64,000 nt of DNA from Callorhinchus milii (taxonomy: Eukaryota). The notes under the pieces are model-generated. The model worked only from the letters and a program-made list of their open reading frames with translations. It did no database searches and had not been told where the DNA came from. The stretch spans positions 68,512,001-68,576,000 of the forward strand of contig NW_024704742.1 in assembly GCF_018977255.1 (NCBI RefSeq). Direction: 5' to 3'. Positions 25,350-39,613 of this stretch are shown here, in pieces (the stretch's first letter is position 1; the number at the start of each line of letters is the position of its first letter). The position numbers and the translations under genes were made by a program.

Positions 25350-26437
25350 ATTTCCGGATGCTCTCTCATTCCATGGTACAGTGCTTGATAGCCACAGTAT
25401 TGGCTGTTGGAAGAGAAGTGTGAAAAGAGATTTATTGTAATCCAGACTAGCCTCATAGAATTACTGTGAATTGTTAAATCCAAAGGCATTTTTATATATA
25501 AAAAATTGTGAACCACTTTCTAGGTGAAATCTGCACTTTCTGTCACGATTTTTCCAACTGAAAGCACCAAAGGCGGCAATGTAGAAACCAAATTTAATGA
25601 ACGTGTCTTCCTGTAAGAGGTGCTTTTTATATTACATTTGTCAAGTCTCTGTTAAGATTTGTTTCTAAACTTTAATGGGTTAAAACTCAATAAAATTGGA
25701 AATGCAGATACTTGTGTGAAAGACTACTTGGAAATCTAGCAAAGTTCCTTAAACCATTTCACTTAGCTGTTGGAATTTCTTTTGCATTTCAGGTAAAATT
25801 GTTATTGGTTAATGTTTAAGTTTACTTTATGCTGTTAAATATGTGGTTGGTGATAAATAGGTATTCAAAGTATAAAATTGACTTAAACTACTCATGGTTT
25901 ATCATGTACACCTTTGTTCCAAATATACTTTTCATCCATCCATTCTGTTGACTGACAGTCTTCCTACTGCGTGATTTTTCTTTTCGCTCCCCTCTCCCGT
26001 TAAAGAGACACTTGCTCCATCAATGCAGCCAGCAGGTACATGTTAGTAGCTTGGGTTGACTAGAGTGACTAACATTGGGACCCAGTCATGTAAGGAATTG
26101 AGGTCTCAATTCGCTGTTCAATACAGTCTGTTGGAACCCCATGTGTTGCATTACTTATTATATGACCTGGGCTGCATGTCTGCTTACAGTGCAGTGGAAT
26201 CTCCATGCTAATCAACCACAGATGGTCCTAGATTAAATCGAATGTATTTCCCTTTTCCATTTTGTACATGAATATCCTTGTGTGACCTCCAGCGATTCGT
26301 TTCACTTGCCTTCCAGTAATTGACTCCAGATGTCCAATTGGTCTCCGGGTAAATTTAAGTCATTCTGAAAAAGTACTTATCTTTTGCACAGGAATAGAAT
26401 GTTTAAAGCAAGTTTTGAACTAGAAGACAATGTAATG

Positions 26438-26499
26438 AATAAACTATTTATTACCTATTTTATTATGAATTTATAATGCACATGTAAAAATGCAATAAA
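26438..26499 (+). terminator. Candidate PANK2 polyadenylation signals (AATAAA at 26438 and 26494; a proximal one at 25689)
   Basis: AATAAA hexamers at the end of an AT-rich, repeat-free stretch after the stop codon, followed by T-rich sequence. Confidence 0.55.
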
Positions 26500-29400
26500 A
26501 TATATTTTGCTTATTGGAGTTACAGTTTTTTTAAAGTTCTTATTTGTGCCCTCACAATTATGACACTTCCATCAGAGGTGCGTAGCAGTGGTCCAGGATT
26601 ATTCTCTTCTTTTCCTGATTGTGCCCTGACCCCTCACTCCATGGCGCTTCTTAATATGGTCGGGTTAGGATCGAATCGATCGCAGTGACTAGTGCTGCAT
26701 GTTTGTATTTACTATAATGTTAATGCTTCTGCACATTCATGTGGTGGACACAGCTAGACTTGCAAATTTAGCTGTCACACCAATTATGACCTCACCTGAG
26801 TCTTAGTTCAATTTACTGCCTTTTAATTGCTGGCAGATGGAACCGTGCATTCTCTGCCAGAATCCATTGCTGTGATGGAGAAAGGGAGGTGGCAGATGGT
26901 GTCCATATGAGTTTGGCGTTTCATTCTGACCTCATTGTGGGAGTTTCTTGCCGAGCATCGTGGTAAACCTGCAAAACTAAAGACACAGCGACCTGTAATG
27001 AGAGGTTTATAAACTTGAGGTTTGTTGCTGCAGCTGTACAAATATACCAAGTGAAGCAGTTAAACAGCATTTAACCCAGACCTTCCCAGAGACAGACTTT
27101 TGAGATATTTGTCAATTGTAGCCCCTTTTCCAAAGCCACTACTTTTATAGTTCAGTTTTCAGACCCTGAGAGCCTTGCCCAAAAGGCCATTCTTCAAGTA
27201 TGGGCTTGGATTGTGAGTTGACAGCCTGCTATTGTTTGGGGGGAATGGCAGCTGTGCTGTACTATAATAATCCTTGCATTTGATATAGTGCTTTTCACGT
27301 CTTCTAGATGTGTCAAAGCGCTTCACAGAATATGCTGTAAAGTGAATTGACCGTATACTTGTGGGCGAAACGCGGCAGCCAATTGCACACAGAGGTGTCC
27401 CACAAACAGTCGTGGATTAAAAATGACCAATTTATTGTTTTCTTGTTACTAGTGCAGCTAAGATAGTTTACTCAAGTTAAGATAGTTTACAGGCAAAGTC
27501 ACTGGAGTGGAAACCTTCATTTTTCTGTACAACCTTCCTCACCTCACAGTCCCTGACTCCATGGTATGTCATTTTACAAATATTCAGAATATGGGGGTAC
27601 AATTTCATAACAGTCAGCAATGTTGCCCAAACTTAACTTTCAAGAATTCACGAGAAACCAAAGTGAGACAGTCTCCACATCTGTTTTGACTCTGGGTTTG
27701 GAAAGTTGTAAATTCAAGATAACATCAGATTTGACTACATGGAGCTGACATTCCTTCAGACAGTTCAAAACCAGGGAGCTTTCAGCAGCCCTCTTGTCCA
27801 GCCTCATGAAGTTCTCCCCCACATTACAAATTCTTCTGCGGTGGATGTTTAAAAACAGCCTACACTACATCAATCACATGCAGTGCTGATGTGATGCTCT
27901 GCATTAGAAGCAATCTTCCCACAGAACCCACCAATTTGCTGAAGGCTTCTGCATACTCGGACAATGTGATAAAATAGGTAACATCACATATCTGCAATGA
28001 GGATTTATCAGCAGTGTTTTTTGTCATGGAAGAACTGATTGATACATGTTCAGTTCTCCAGGTATCCTGGCCAATAATTCCCAAGTAATTAATTCACTTG
28101 GTCATTCACTTAATTACTGTTTGTAGGACATTGTAGTGCACAAATGGGCTACCATGTTTGCCTACAAAACAAAGTCAATACAGTTTACAGTACATAAGTG
28201 CTCTGCACCCCTTATATAGCACCCCTGAGTGAGGGGGCTCTATGTAACTGCAAATTGTTGTTACCGATCCTGGGAAAAGCTTTGAGACATCCTCCTGACA
28301 TGAAAGACACTGTACCAAAAGCAAGGATTATAAGGATTATTGCTTTTGGTATTTGGCTTTAAACTGATCAACAACGTTCTTGTTGCTACAGAAATCCTGA
28401 TAACCAGGAGAGTTGTTTTTGGGGAGAGGCTGAGTGCAGGCTGTAAAGGGTTTTCTCACGCCTTGGTCATGTCGTTCTCAAAACAAGTTTCAGTTTACAC
28501 TTACCACATGTAACCCTGAGAGACATAAAGTTGTGTCCAGATCTGAAAGCGCCTTGAAACACAAGATAATGCCATGACAATTGTACTTCCAGCTTTTTCA
28601 AACAATTATCACAAATGTAAGTTTCAGCAACTGCTCCCTTAATCTAATGCTGAATCTAAAGAATTCTCTTCAACTTGACTAAGACAGAACTTACCAATTT
28701 TCCCAGTCAGCTTGTAGCTTACTCTTTCCCCCCACCACCCCCAGCGATGCTGGATGGACGTTACACAAGATATCAATCATCAGTCTGGCTTAGTTGGTCA
28801 CACTCTTGCCGCCGATTCAGAATTCTGTGGGTTCAAACCCCACATTTGGACTTTGAACTCACATTGTATTCCTACAGGATCTTTAACATCCACCTGAACA
28901 GGCAGATGGGACTGGTCTTCCCTTTCAAGTCCAGCCGATGAGCCAGTCTGGCTGTGCTGTCATCAGCAGTGCTCTGGAATCCTGCAGAACCGCCTGGCTC
29001 AGGAATGGGACTACCGAGACCAGCACAGAGGGCTGGCTTGATTCCGATATTCAACCTGTTGTCAAACGGGTCATCTTGGAGCCAGTTCAGTTCAAAGGAG
29101 ACCCTGCTTACCAGCCCCGCAAAAGATGCACCTCCGACAATGCAGTCACTGCCAGCACTGCACTGGGGTGTCAGCCTAGACAATGTGAGTTCAAAGTGTC
29201 GACGTGGGGCTTGAAACACACCACTCTGTGGCTCGGAGGTGAGAGTGCTGCCAACTTAGCCTGAGGTTGACACCACAGGCCCCATGGCACTACTTGAAAA
29301 GAGAAAGGAGTTTTTGTATTATTAATTGGATAATCTATTATTAAAATAAAGTTCTGCATTACACCAGGAGGAAGCAAGCTCGAGACTATTTTCGATGCAA

Positions 29401-32400
29401 ATGGGCTGCATTATTTATTAATGCAGGGAAGTCAAAGTGTTGCAAAGGCTACTGTGTCACATCACAGTATGTCATGTGGAGTTCCATAACGTAGTGGTTG
29501 AAGTATTCACCTCGAAAGCAAGAGGATCCAGGTTTGATTTCCGGGCAGGCGTAACCTTAGGCAAGTTTCCTTACGTCACACCCCTGTTTACCTAACAGTA
29601 AGTAGGAACCCGGTTGTTAGTTGATTGGTGGAAAGCTTTCTGGGGGTAATAATCTCTCTCTCCCCAAAAATAATAATAATTTGGTGACTCAATCCCAAAA
29701 TATTTGTGGGACACTGCTGTGTGCAATTGGCTGCCGTGTTTCACCCACAAAATACACTCTAGAAAATATTCTGTTAACGCTTTGAGACGTTTCAACGACG
29801 TGATAAGACTCTGCATCAAATACAAGGATTATTATTTTATATTAACACAGTGAAGCCAAACGGTTGCAAAGGCTACTATGTAACAACATATCGTGTATTG
29901 ATATCTGTGGTCTGCTTGGCTGATGAGGAGCTGGTTCTTCGCCAGATTGGCATGTGAAGCGAGTATGTTCAGGCAAATGATCTTAAAGGTCGCTCTCAGG
30001 GTGCTCTCCCGTTGGCTCAGCAAGTTTACCCAGTGAATCACTGAAGTATGCACCAGTCTGTTCAGGGGCACTACAATTGGCTTCAGCAGTTGTCCCTATG
30101 GTTAGAGAGGGGAAGGTCAGTGAGGGTTCTTACTCCTGATCTCTGTTTACTACATATTCTCCAATTACTGTAACGAATTGTGTATCAATTTCAACTGGGA
30201 TGGGTGGCGGGGTTGTGTTTTTTTTGGTACCCATTGATGTACAGGGGTTCACAAAGTCCTGTTAATCCATTTTTTTTACACAGGGCACTGACCAACGACT
30301 GAAACATGTAGAAGAATGATGATAATTGTATTTAGAAGCACTTCATTGTATTCAGTACAAGTGTTTAACTGTATTTAGACGTCCAGAGGATCGGTGTTCC
30401 CATCATTTTCATGACAGATAAAGATTCATCGCCATGTTCGGTGCAACATCGTCTGTAACATGATGGAGGAGAAATGTATCTCTGACGCATGTGTCAGCTC
30501 CTCCATAGTCTTATATCACTGTTTTGTAACAACAACAACAAAATTATATATGTATAGTGCCTTTCAGGAGGTAACAGGACTTTATGAACACCCTGTAGAT
30601 AGAGTAACTCTCAGCCCAGCAGCTATTGTGACAATGGGAGCACTGTGTGAGGCTACGGAAGTGGAAAAATCCTGCATCCTGTGGTTTGGAGTTAGTTGTC
30701 TTTTAACTTACAGTAAAACTTTGCCAGATGGCAATGTGCTGTGCTGCTTCTTGTTAAATTGCTGTCCGTTACATTTCAAGAAATGCCAGTATTCCCCTGC
30801 TATAGATAGTATCTCTCTCTCTCTCTCTCTCCCCTCTTTTCCATTAAACTTTACAGCTTGATTGCCCCATGCTATGGGTCAGGGTCACACACGCTCGGAA
30901 CATTTTGTCCGCATCTAAAAGTAATACTCTACTTGTAGCCATTTTCTCTAAAAAGCGTGTACAAAATGCAACAAGTTATAAGGACAGGGAGGGAGAGAGA
31001 GACGAGAGAAAAATTGCACTTGTGTTAAAAAAATGCGCCAGATTTCCATCGGCTGGACTGCTTAAAAATAAAATATTTGGCTTTTGTGTTAAGCAAAGAA
31101 TGTTTTGTGCTTTGGAGGAAATTTCCAGTTTAGGAGGTAAAACAAAACCCCCAATCACCCAATAGATACTTTGGAATTCATTCTGTTTACCTTGCAATAA
31201 GTAGGAGCCCAGTTATTACTCGATTGGCGGAATGCTTTCTGAGGGTAATAGTCCCTCCAAAAAAAATGTGGTCACTCCATTTATGACTGGTTGTAGGACA
31301 CTGCTGTCTGCAATTGGCTGCTGCATTTTGGTCACAAAATACAATCAATTCACTTTACAGTATATATTCTGTGAAGCTCTTTGAGACATCTCAATGGTGC
31401 TTTATCAAATGCAAGGATTATTATTATTCTAGCTGAACTTGCTAGTTTCAAAGCTCGTTTTAATGCTGCCAATGTACATTTAGGAGTACTGAAGAGTGGA
31501 GTTGGGGATCTCTCTACGCACTGACTGACTGCTGCTGTTGAAACTACACTGGTCGCCACTGGGTGTCAGAGTGGCTTAGCCACGTCAGTCTCTGTTTCCC
31601 TGTGGCTGACTGTAACCGTCTGGCTCTGACTTTCAACAACAATGGAAAGCAGTCCTTACCCAACACACCCAAACTCTATTGTCAATTACTGTAATTGACA
31701 TCTAAGAGGCTACACCATAATTAGGTAACAACAACAATTTGCATTTATATAGAGCCCTTCATCCAGATGTGTCCCTCCAGGGAGAGAGCGCACATTCCAT
31801 TCCAATAATCTATCTCTGGGATTTCCATTTGTAGATGGGATGCATGGAATTCTCAGTTTGGTTTGGATATTCTTAACCATGGAGATGAGTTTCCACATGT
31901 ATCAGACACTGGCTGAACTCCCAAAAATGTGGCTGCACCAGGTCTGGGAGTAATCTTAACTGATCCTCTCACCCTCATTCTTTCCCCTCCCTCCCTTGAA
32001 AAGCACCAAGTTGGCATTTCACAATAAACTCTACACACCTATCTTTACCTAAGAGACTGTGGGTGGATTTTGAATGGCATGACAAGGCAATATATCAAAT
32101 ACCAGGATTATTATTATTCATAATAAGGAAAAAAATTAAAGGGGATGGAAAAGAGTAGGGAATCGAACTAGTGTAGCTGGCTCCAGTGGTGGAGCCAAGA
32201 CAAGCAAAGACACAGTAGGCTGAATGGCCTCCTCCTGTACTAAATATTCCAGGGTACTATAATAATGATCCTTATACTTGATATGGTGCCTACAATGATG
32301 AAACATCTCAAGCTCTTTACATGGAGTTTCTGTAAAGTGCAGTGACTGTGCATTTATAGGTGACCCACAGGAGCCAAATCTTTTTTCACATCCAAGCTTG

Positions 32401-32789
32401 AGTATGCCAATGCTCCACTTGCTCTGAGTTGCTGCCCTGCATGAGGGGTGCTATATAAATCCCAACCCTAACCTTATTTTTTTCTGATTGTGTTGGTGTT
32501 AGTTCCCAGACCCCCAGCTCCCCAATTGCAGTTTGTGTCCTGTCCTGCATCAGGCTCCGTGAGCCTGTCACTCCCCACTTTGCTTGGCTACACAGGCTCC
32601 CCATTCCCCAGTAGATCATGTTCAAGATCCTCGTCCTTCAAACCCCCCCACAGTCTTGTCTCAGCTTCAACCATATTGTACCACCTGGAGTGTCAGCCTA
32701 GAGTCTAAGATATCAAATCCTTTGTTGGGTGTTTGAACCGAGATGTGAAGCTTGAAATCACATCCTGTCTCAACAACAACTTGCATTTA

Positions 32790-35290
32790 TATAGCGCCCT
32801 CGAACGCCTCCTCATCCTCAGTGACTTCAACCTTCACTTCACCCCCTCCTGCTCTATCTCCTCACACTTTTCTCTCCTTTCCTCTCACAACCTCTCCTTC
32901 CACATCCATTCTGCCACCCATGTTCATGGCCACCCACTGGACCTGGAGCCTCAGTATCTCGGATATCACAATCACAGGCAAAGCCATTCCCAATCACCAT
33001 TTCATCTCCTTTAACTCGTCAATCCCTCTAACCACCACCACTCAACCCACCTCCATCTCCTACTGCCCCAGGAAAAAAATCTCCTTGCAATCCCTCTCCG
33101 CTGCCTTAGGGTCATCTGAACTCCTCCCACTCTGGCCTACCTCCCGCATTGATTTATCCTCCTCGCTCACTCTCCTCCACAACTACCTCTCCACCACTCT
33201 TGTTGCCTTTACTCCCACCACCTCCCAAACTGCCTCCTACTCACGAACCTTACTCTGCTACACCAGCCACCTCCACTCCCTCAAGGGTCAGGTGTGGGGC
33301 GCCGAACACACCCGGATCAAAATCTGACCTAATGGTCCATCGGCAGATCTGGCTTGACCACATCAACATGTACCACTCCACCCTCGACTCCGCCAAATCA
33401 TCTTTCTAGTCCAAGATAATCTTGGAGGCGAAGGACAACTCCAGGCTCCTCCATCCAGTTTCTTACGCCTCACCCATTCTCTACTCAAGCTCTGACTGTG
33501 AGGAGATGCTGGATTTCAAGTCCAAAATTGAGGGGATCCGTTCAGCTGCCTCCGCCTCCCAACCACCATTCCCTCCCCATCGCTCCCCCACACTCCGACT
33601 CCTAACCATCCCTCCCTCCGTATTTTCAAACTTGTCTCCCCCTCTCTCATCAACACCATATGCAACATGAAACACACCACCTTCTCCCTTGACCCCATCC
33701 CCACCCCTTTCCTTATCTCCCAGTTCCACCTCCTCGCCCCATACTCTCCGACACCATCAATCTCTCCCTTTCATCTGGCACCATTTCCCTAAAAACATCT
33801 ACAATCACCCCCATTCTGAAAAAACCTTCCCTGGACCCATCACTGCCTTCTAACTACCAGCCCATATCCAACCTCCCTTTTCTTTTGAAGGTCCTTGAAA
33901 GAGTCATTGCTTCCCAACTTCGCTCATTCCTCTCCTACCACTCCCTTCATGAGTCCTTCCAATCAGGTTTCCGTGCTGGTCATTACACGGAAACGGCTCT
34001 GGTCAAATGACATCCTGTCCATCTGTGACCAGGCTCCCTTCCTCCTCGACCTCTCTACTGCCTTGATATCATGGACCACTCCTTCCTCCTCCACTGCCTC
34101 TCTTCTCACCTCAACCTTCAAGGTTCTGTCCTTGAATGGTTCAGGTCTTCACACCGTCTCCAATTTGTTTCTGCCAACAGTTTCTCTTCCAGGCCCCGCA
34201 CAGTCTTGTGTGGTGTTCTTCAGGGCTCTGTCCTCGGTCCTCTCCTCTTCAACCTCTACATGCTCCCCCTTGGTGACATCACCTGCAGACATGGGGTCAA
34301 CTTTTACGCGGATGACACCCAACTGTCTCCTCTCTCTCTCTGCCTCCACCCTCGATTCCAGAACAACTGACGCCCTGACAGATTGTCTGTCAGACATCAA
34401 GTAATGGATGAGAGCTAACTTTCTACAGCTGAATGTCAGCAAGACCGAGGCTCTCCTGATTGGTTTGTACCAGTGCCTCAGCAACTCAGGCACTGGCAGC
34501 ATCAGCATTCACAGTTGCACACTCCACCTCACCAAGCCAGTCAGGAACCTGGGGGTCTTGTTCGACCCTCAACTGTTATTTTGCCTCCATATCCGTGCCA
34601 TGACCCGCTCTGCCTGCCCCACCTCTGCAACATTGCCTGACTCTTTCACTACCTCACCCCTCAGGCCGCCGAAACCCTCATACACGCATCCGTCACCTCA
34701 AGGCTCGACTATGGAACCTCCCTCCTTGTCAACCTCACAACTTTTCCCTCCACAAGCTGCATTATCCAGAACTCTGCAGCTCATGTCTTCTCCCGGACCA
34801 GGCTCTGTGACCCCATCAACCCCACTCTCACCCAGCTCCACTGGTTCCCCATCCCTCAGAGGATAGAATTCAAAATCCTCGTCCTCACTTTCAAGGCCCT
34901 TCACGCCCTTGCCCCATCCTACATTGCTGACCAGCTGACCCCGTATGAACCTGTCCACTCCCTCTGCTTAGCAGGCTCCGGCCTGCTCCAGGTCTCCTGC
35001 CCAACCCGCCCTACCATTGGTGGCCGGGCTTTCAGCCTCTCTGCCCCCACTCTTTGGAATTCCATCCCACAATCCCTTCACCTTGCTTCTTCTCTTGCCT
35101 CCTTCAAGGCACAACTCAACACCCTCCCTTTTGACAGTGCCTTCAGCCACCCTCCTACCCCCTCTGCCTCCCTTATCTAACCCTGGGCCCCCCGCCACCC
35201 TTGGGTCCTGATCCCTGACTGTTCAGCACCTCGCGACATCCTCACTACGTGGAAGGCACTTTTCAAATATAATTTTGTTGTTGTTGTTCA
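32790..35290 (+). mobile_element. L2 LINE, ~2.5 kb decayed ORF2 (endonuclease end + RT)
   Basis: [28 protein letters not shown] and YADDTQL motifs; ends in a (GTT)n tail at about 35285. Confidence 0.92.
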
Positions 35291-37473
35291 CCAGGGCAGG
35301 TTCTCAAGTCCGCTTAACAGAGCCGGAGCCTAACGCCAAGCGGGGAGGGAGACGGTGACCGTAAGCATGGTTGCAGAGGAGGATCTTCGGTTGTGAACTA
35401 AAAGAGGGGAAGGGGAAGGGTACAAGGCGGAGAGATTGGGAGAGACAGTTCCAAAGCTTCGGGGGGTAGTGGCTGAAAGTGCGACCTCCTATGATGGAGT
35501 GGAGGAGATGAGGGACAAGCAGGAGGCCAGAGCCAGCCAAGCAGAGGCAGCGGGTAGTGGAGTGGGGATAAAGATGGTCATAAAGGTAGGGAGGTGCTTA
35601 ATCTCAAAGTTGAGTGTGTTACCGACTGAGCCTAGTTGATATGTCGGCATTAACTTTCAACTTATTGAGACAGCGGAGAGACTGGACCTTTGAGCTGTCT
35701 CTTAGAACGTGAGCTCCTGGTAAAAGCTCTGTGTGAGAGCAGCATGCGTTCAGTGTGAGTGACAGAACACATAGAAGAAAAGCACTTTGTTCATTTATTG
35801 ATCCAGATGTTTTGGAACGAAGGTTTCAAGCCATTGTGAATAGGTCATTTTCCCCTTCGGACAATCTGATTAATGCTTTAATCTCTTGAGACTGGAGCTT
35901 TGTTGCTATTGTGTGTTGCTCTTTTTCACTCCACCAGTGAAGTCAGTGATTGTCTTTGGTCTATAAACATCTGATCGGGGCCATGAGTTTTTACAACATC
36001 ACATGATCAGTGGGAGCAGAGAGACCATTAATTCCTCTGAGGACCAACGCTGAACAAGGCCAGGATATTAATAATAATCCTTAAATTTGGCATAGTGCCT
36101 TTGATGTCAAAAGGACATCTCAAAGCGCATCACAGGATACACTGTGAAGTGGAGTGACTGTGTTTGTGAGCAAACTAACCAATCCTTGTAAAAGATATTG
36201 CGCTAATCACATTGAGACGTCTCAAAGTACTTCAAGAAGAATTTCTGTAAAATGGAGTCACTGAATTTTGTAGACGAACATGGCAGACAATATTTCACAA
36301 ACGGCCAAGAGGTGACTGACCAATGTAATAATAATCCTTACATTTGGTATAGTGCCTTTCAAACTGTGAGGACTTCTGAAACTGCTTCACAGGACATACT
36401 GATATACTGTAGTAAACGATATTACTGTGTACTGATTGTATTTTATATCATGGCGATTGTTGGCCAGGACGAGAAACAAGGGAAAAACATCCTCTTCTTT
36501 TCAAATAGTCATAGGATCTTTTAACAGGCAGATAGGATCTCGGTTTAATGTCTCACCCAAAGGTTGGCAGCTCTAAGAATGCAGTGCTCCCCCAGCGCTG
36601 CTCTGGAATGCCAAGCTTAGACTTAGAAGATGAAAATACTCTTTGGAGGTTGGAGGACTAAAACTCAGTTAAACAGTCAGTCCCCTTTAAGGCAGGCAAG
36701 TCAATGGCTTGATTGACAAGTCCATCAACTAATCAGAGGTGAGGACACCCTGACCGATCGTAAGTGGGTGAGCGCCGCCAACAAGTTGGGAGAGGGTCAA
36801 GAGGAGGCCGGTGGGTGTCGTGGGTAGGGGCTGCTTGAAGGGTTGACTGTGATCCTCCTCAGGGCTCAGGGCTCGAGTCCCCTCTGGTCCAAGTCAACTG
36901 ACGCCTATCTCTAGAATCTGGACCATGAGCTCAAAGTCCCAACGTGGCGCTTACACCCTTAACCTTCTCACCCAGAAGTGAAAGTGCCACCAACTGAGCA
37001 TTTGTGGAGCACAACAAACTCCTGGATTTGTGTGTGTGTGCGCGTGCGTGTGCTATGTGAATCGGATTCCAGAACGATCTATCTATAAACAAGCATCACT
37101 CGAACAGACTTCAAAAATAGTCTCAAACCCTTTCACGAAATAACTCGGTCTCAACATCAGCTAAGCCGGTTTGATTTAAGAGTGATGAGTATGTGGAATT
37201 AAATACCCAAGGAGGCTTTCAAACAGATTGTGTCAGCAAATTCTAGAGGGCATTGGATAACCATTTGGCCAAGCAGTGAGCTAAAGGGAAGGGGAGATGG
37301 CAGTGATGTGTGTGAGTGTATGATACTCTGAGACCAGCCAGATGACCTGTTCCTCTTCTGTACATTCCTATCCTCCTAAACTGAGTTCTAATGTGTTGGC
37401 CCAGCTCGGTTGGCAGTACTCTCACCACTGAGTCAGAAGTTAATAATAATAATCATAATAATAATAATAATAA

Positions 37474-37683
37474 CTGGGACTGTTCATAAGATTATTCAGA
37501 AATGGCTTGACAATGTACCTGGTGAACAAAATATCAACCTCCTGCAAAAAGTAGCTATTTTAGGAAGCTCAAATATATTAAGAAAAATAACATTCATTCA
37601 TATGTAAAGCATCAATGTTATTGGTCTGGCTGACCATTACTGAAAACCATTTAGAAATGACCTCTACAGAGTGATTTAAAGTG
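37474..37683 (+). mobile_element. 5'-truncated R4/Dong-like non-LTR retrotransposon 3' end
   Basis: Peptide GTVHKIIQKWLDNVPGEQNINLLQKVAILGSSNILRK* resembles the LQKxxxLGTxxILRK C-terminus of R4/Dong ORFs; flanked by TAA repeats on both sides. Confidence 0.7.
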
Positions 37684-38954
37684 TAATAACATAATAATAT
37701 AACCTGTTCTGTACTGGACCGGCTATCTGAGCTGGTTTGCCCTATCCTGACCTGTCCTTGTCAGGATTTCCCTTTAACATTTGGGCAAAGGTATAACTTG
37801 CAAAAAGTTGGGAGGTGGTGATTTGAGAATACTTGGAGGATGGAAAGGCAGCTGATTAAATGGATAGCTCTTTCAGAGACCTGGCACAGGCACAATGTGC
37901 TGAAATGGCCTCCCTCTGAGGGGGAGCCTGTACATTTCTCTGTGAATTGGCTAATCCATATCGTACCAACATTTCTAAGAAATTCCAGACTGCTTTTGCT
38001 GTGCGCTATCTCCAGACAAATCTCTTAAGCACTTTTTGTTTTCCTTTGTTTTCACGAGTCAATCCTTGCTTGACCAAACGCTTTGGATTTTGTTGGGGGG
38101 CGGGAAGGTGAGGGGAGGGTGGGGGAGCGTTGTGGGAAGAGGGGGAAGGAGAGGGGATTTGCTCATTGCATAAACAGGAGAGGTTAAAGAGGTGAGTAGC
38201 AGGGTTCTTGCCCTGTGAAAGTTGAGTTCCTCGCTGCACATTCCTGTGGTCAGCACTGCAAGGCCATGATTTCCACTATCTGCAGACACAAATATGCCGG
38301 GTAATTCAGCTGGATGTCAGACTACTATGTCTTTGGTTTTGAAGCACTGAACCCTTCATTTTTTCAAGGATGTTAATGTGAGCACCATGTCTGAATACAT
38401 CCTGGTGGGGGGGGAAGGGGAATCAATGCAATCGTCCATTCACTTAATAAGGATTATTATTTATTAACAATCTCCAGAATAAAATTGGTCACTCACTGCA
38501 TTGCTGTTTGTGGGACGCTGCTGTGCACAATTAGCTGCCGTGTTTCAGTCACTCCACGTTATTCTGTGAAACCCTTTGTGCCACGCAATGGTTATTATTA
38601 TTATTATTATTACTATTCCTTCAGCAAACTTTATTTGAATTTCCTGACAGGAAATGGGTTAATTGGCTTCCGATGCTGACTAACCAGCTTCCTGTGTTAC
38701 AAAATGGCTGACTTCTGGGTTGTTGGGCTGCCATGATGCATGCCATTTCCTGCTTGTTTCACTTACTCACACCAAGTGCAGCATCCAGGAAGTGACAAAA
38801 ATTATATTTTCTAGGCATCGCTGCGACACACAGGAAATGATGGCAGCTTGACAAACCAGAAGTTGCCCAGAAATCAGTATTGGGCTTCCTGTTAGTGCAG
38901 GTCCACAGCAGTTGCATACTCTAAGCAATTCCGCGTTGTCCCTGGAGCATTAGA

Positions 38955-39420
38955 ACAACAAATTATATTTGTATAGCGCCTTTCACCTCGGGAGGACATC
39001 CCAAGGCTCTGAACAGTCAGTGATTTGAACTCGAGTAGGGGGTTGGGATGAGGAGGGGTGGAGGGCAGGGAGGGTCGGGGTAGGAGGGTGACCAAAGTCA
39101 TGGTCGAAGAGGAGGGTCTTGATGGAGGCAAGGGAGCGAGCGAGGCGAAGGGACTCTGGGATGGAGTTCCAGAGGGTGGGGACAGAGAAGCTGAAGGCCT
39201 GACCGCTTATAGTAAGCGGGCCGAGTGAGGGACGTGGAGCACGCTGGAGCCTGCTGAGCGGAGGGAATGGATAGGTTCATATGGCGTTAGCAGATCCCAG
39301 AGGTAGGAAGGAACAAAGCCTTTGAATGCGAGGACGAGTATTTTGAACTCTATCCTCTGGGGGATGGGGAGCCAGTGGAGCCGGGGGTTATAGGGTCACG
39401 GAGCCTGGTGTGGGAGAGGT
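38955..39420 (-). mobile_element. L2 LINE 3' fragment
   Basis: Similar to the other L2 3' ends in the window; acaacaaa tail. Confidence 0.8.
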
Positions 39421-39613
39421 CATGATAGTGTAAATAAAAGTCAGTTGTGGTGGTGAGGGGGAAGAGTTGACCTTTGTCAGAGAGTTGCAGTTGATATTCT
39501 TGGGACTTCCTATAATCTGGTTCCAGCTGCCGTAACCAAGGGAGGCTTTCGGAGATGGACAGGATCGTAAGGGAGCCCTGCAGTGTCGGAGACTCCGTCT
39601 TTCAGATGAAACA

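Noticed and set aside
26823..28084. Short minus-strand ORFs with acceptor-like sites downstream of PANK2
   Set aside because: No recognisable protein similarity and no consistent exon chain.
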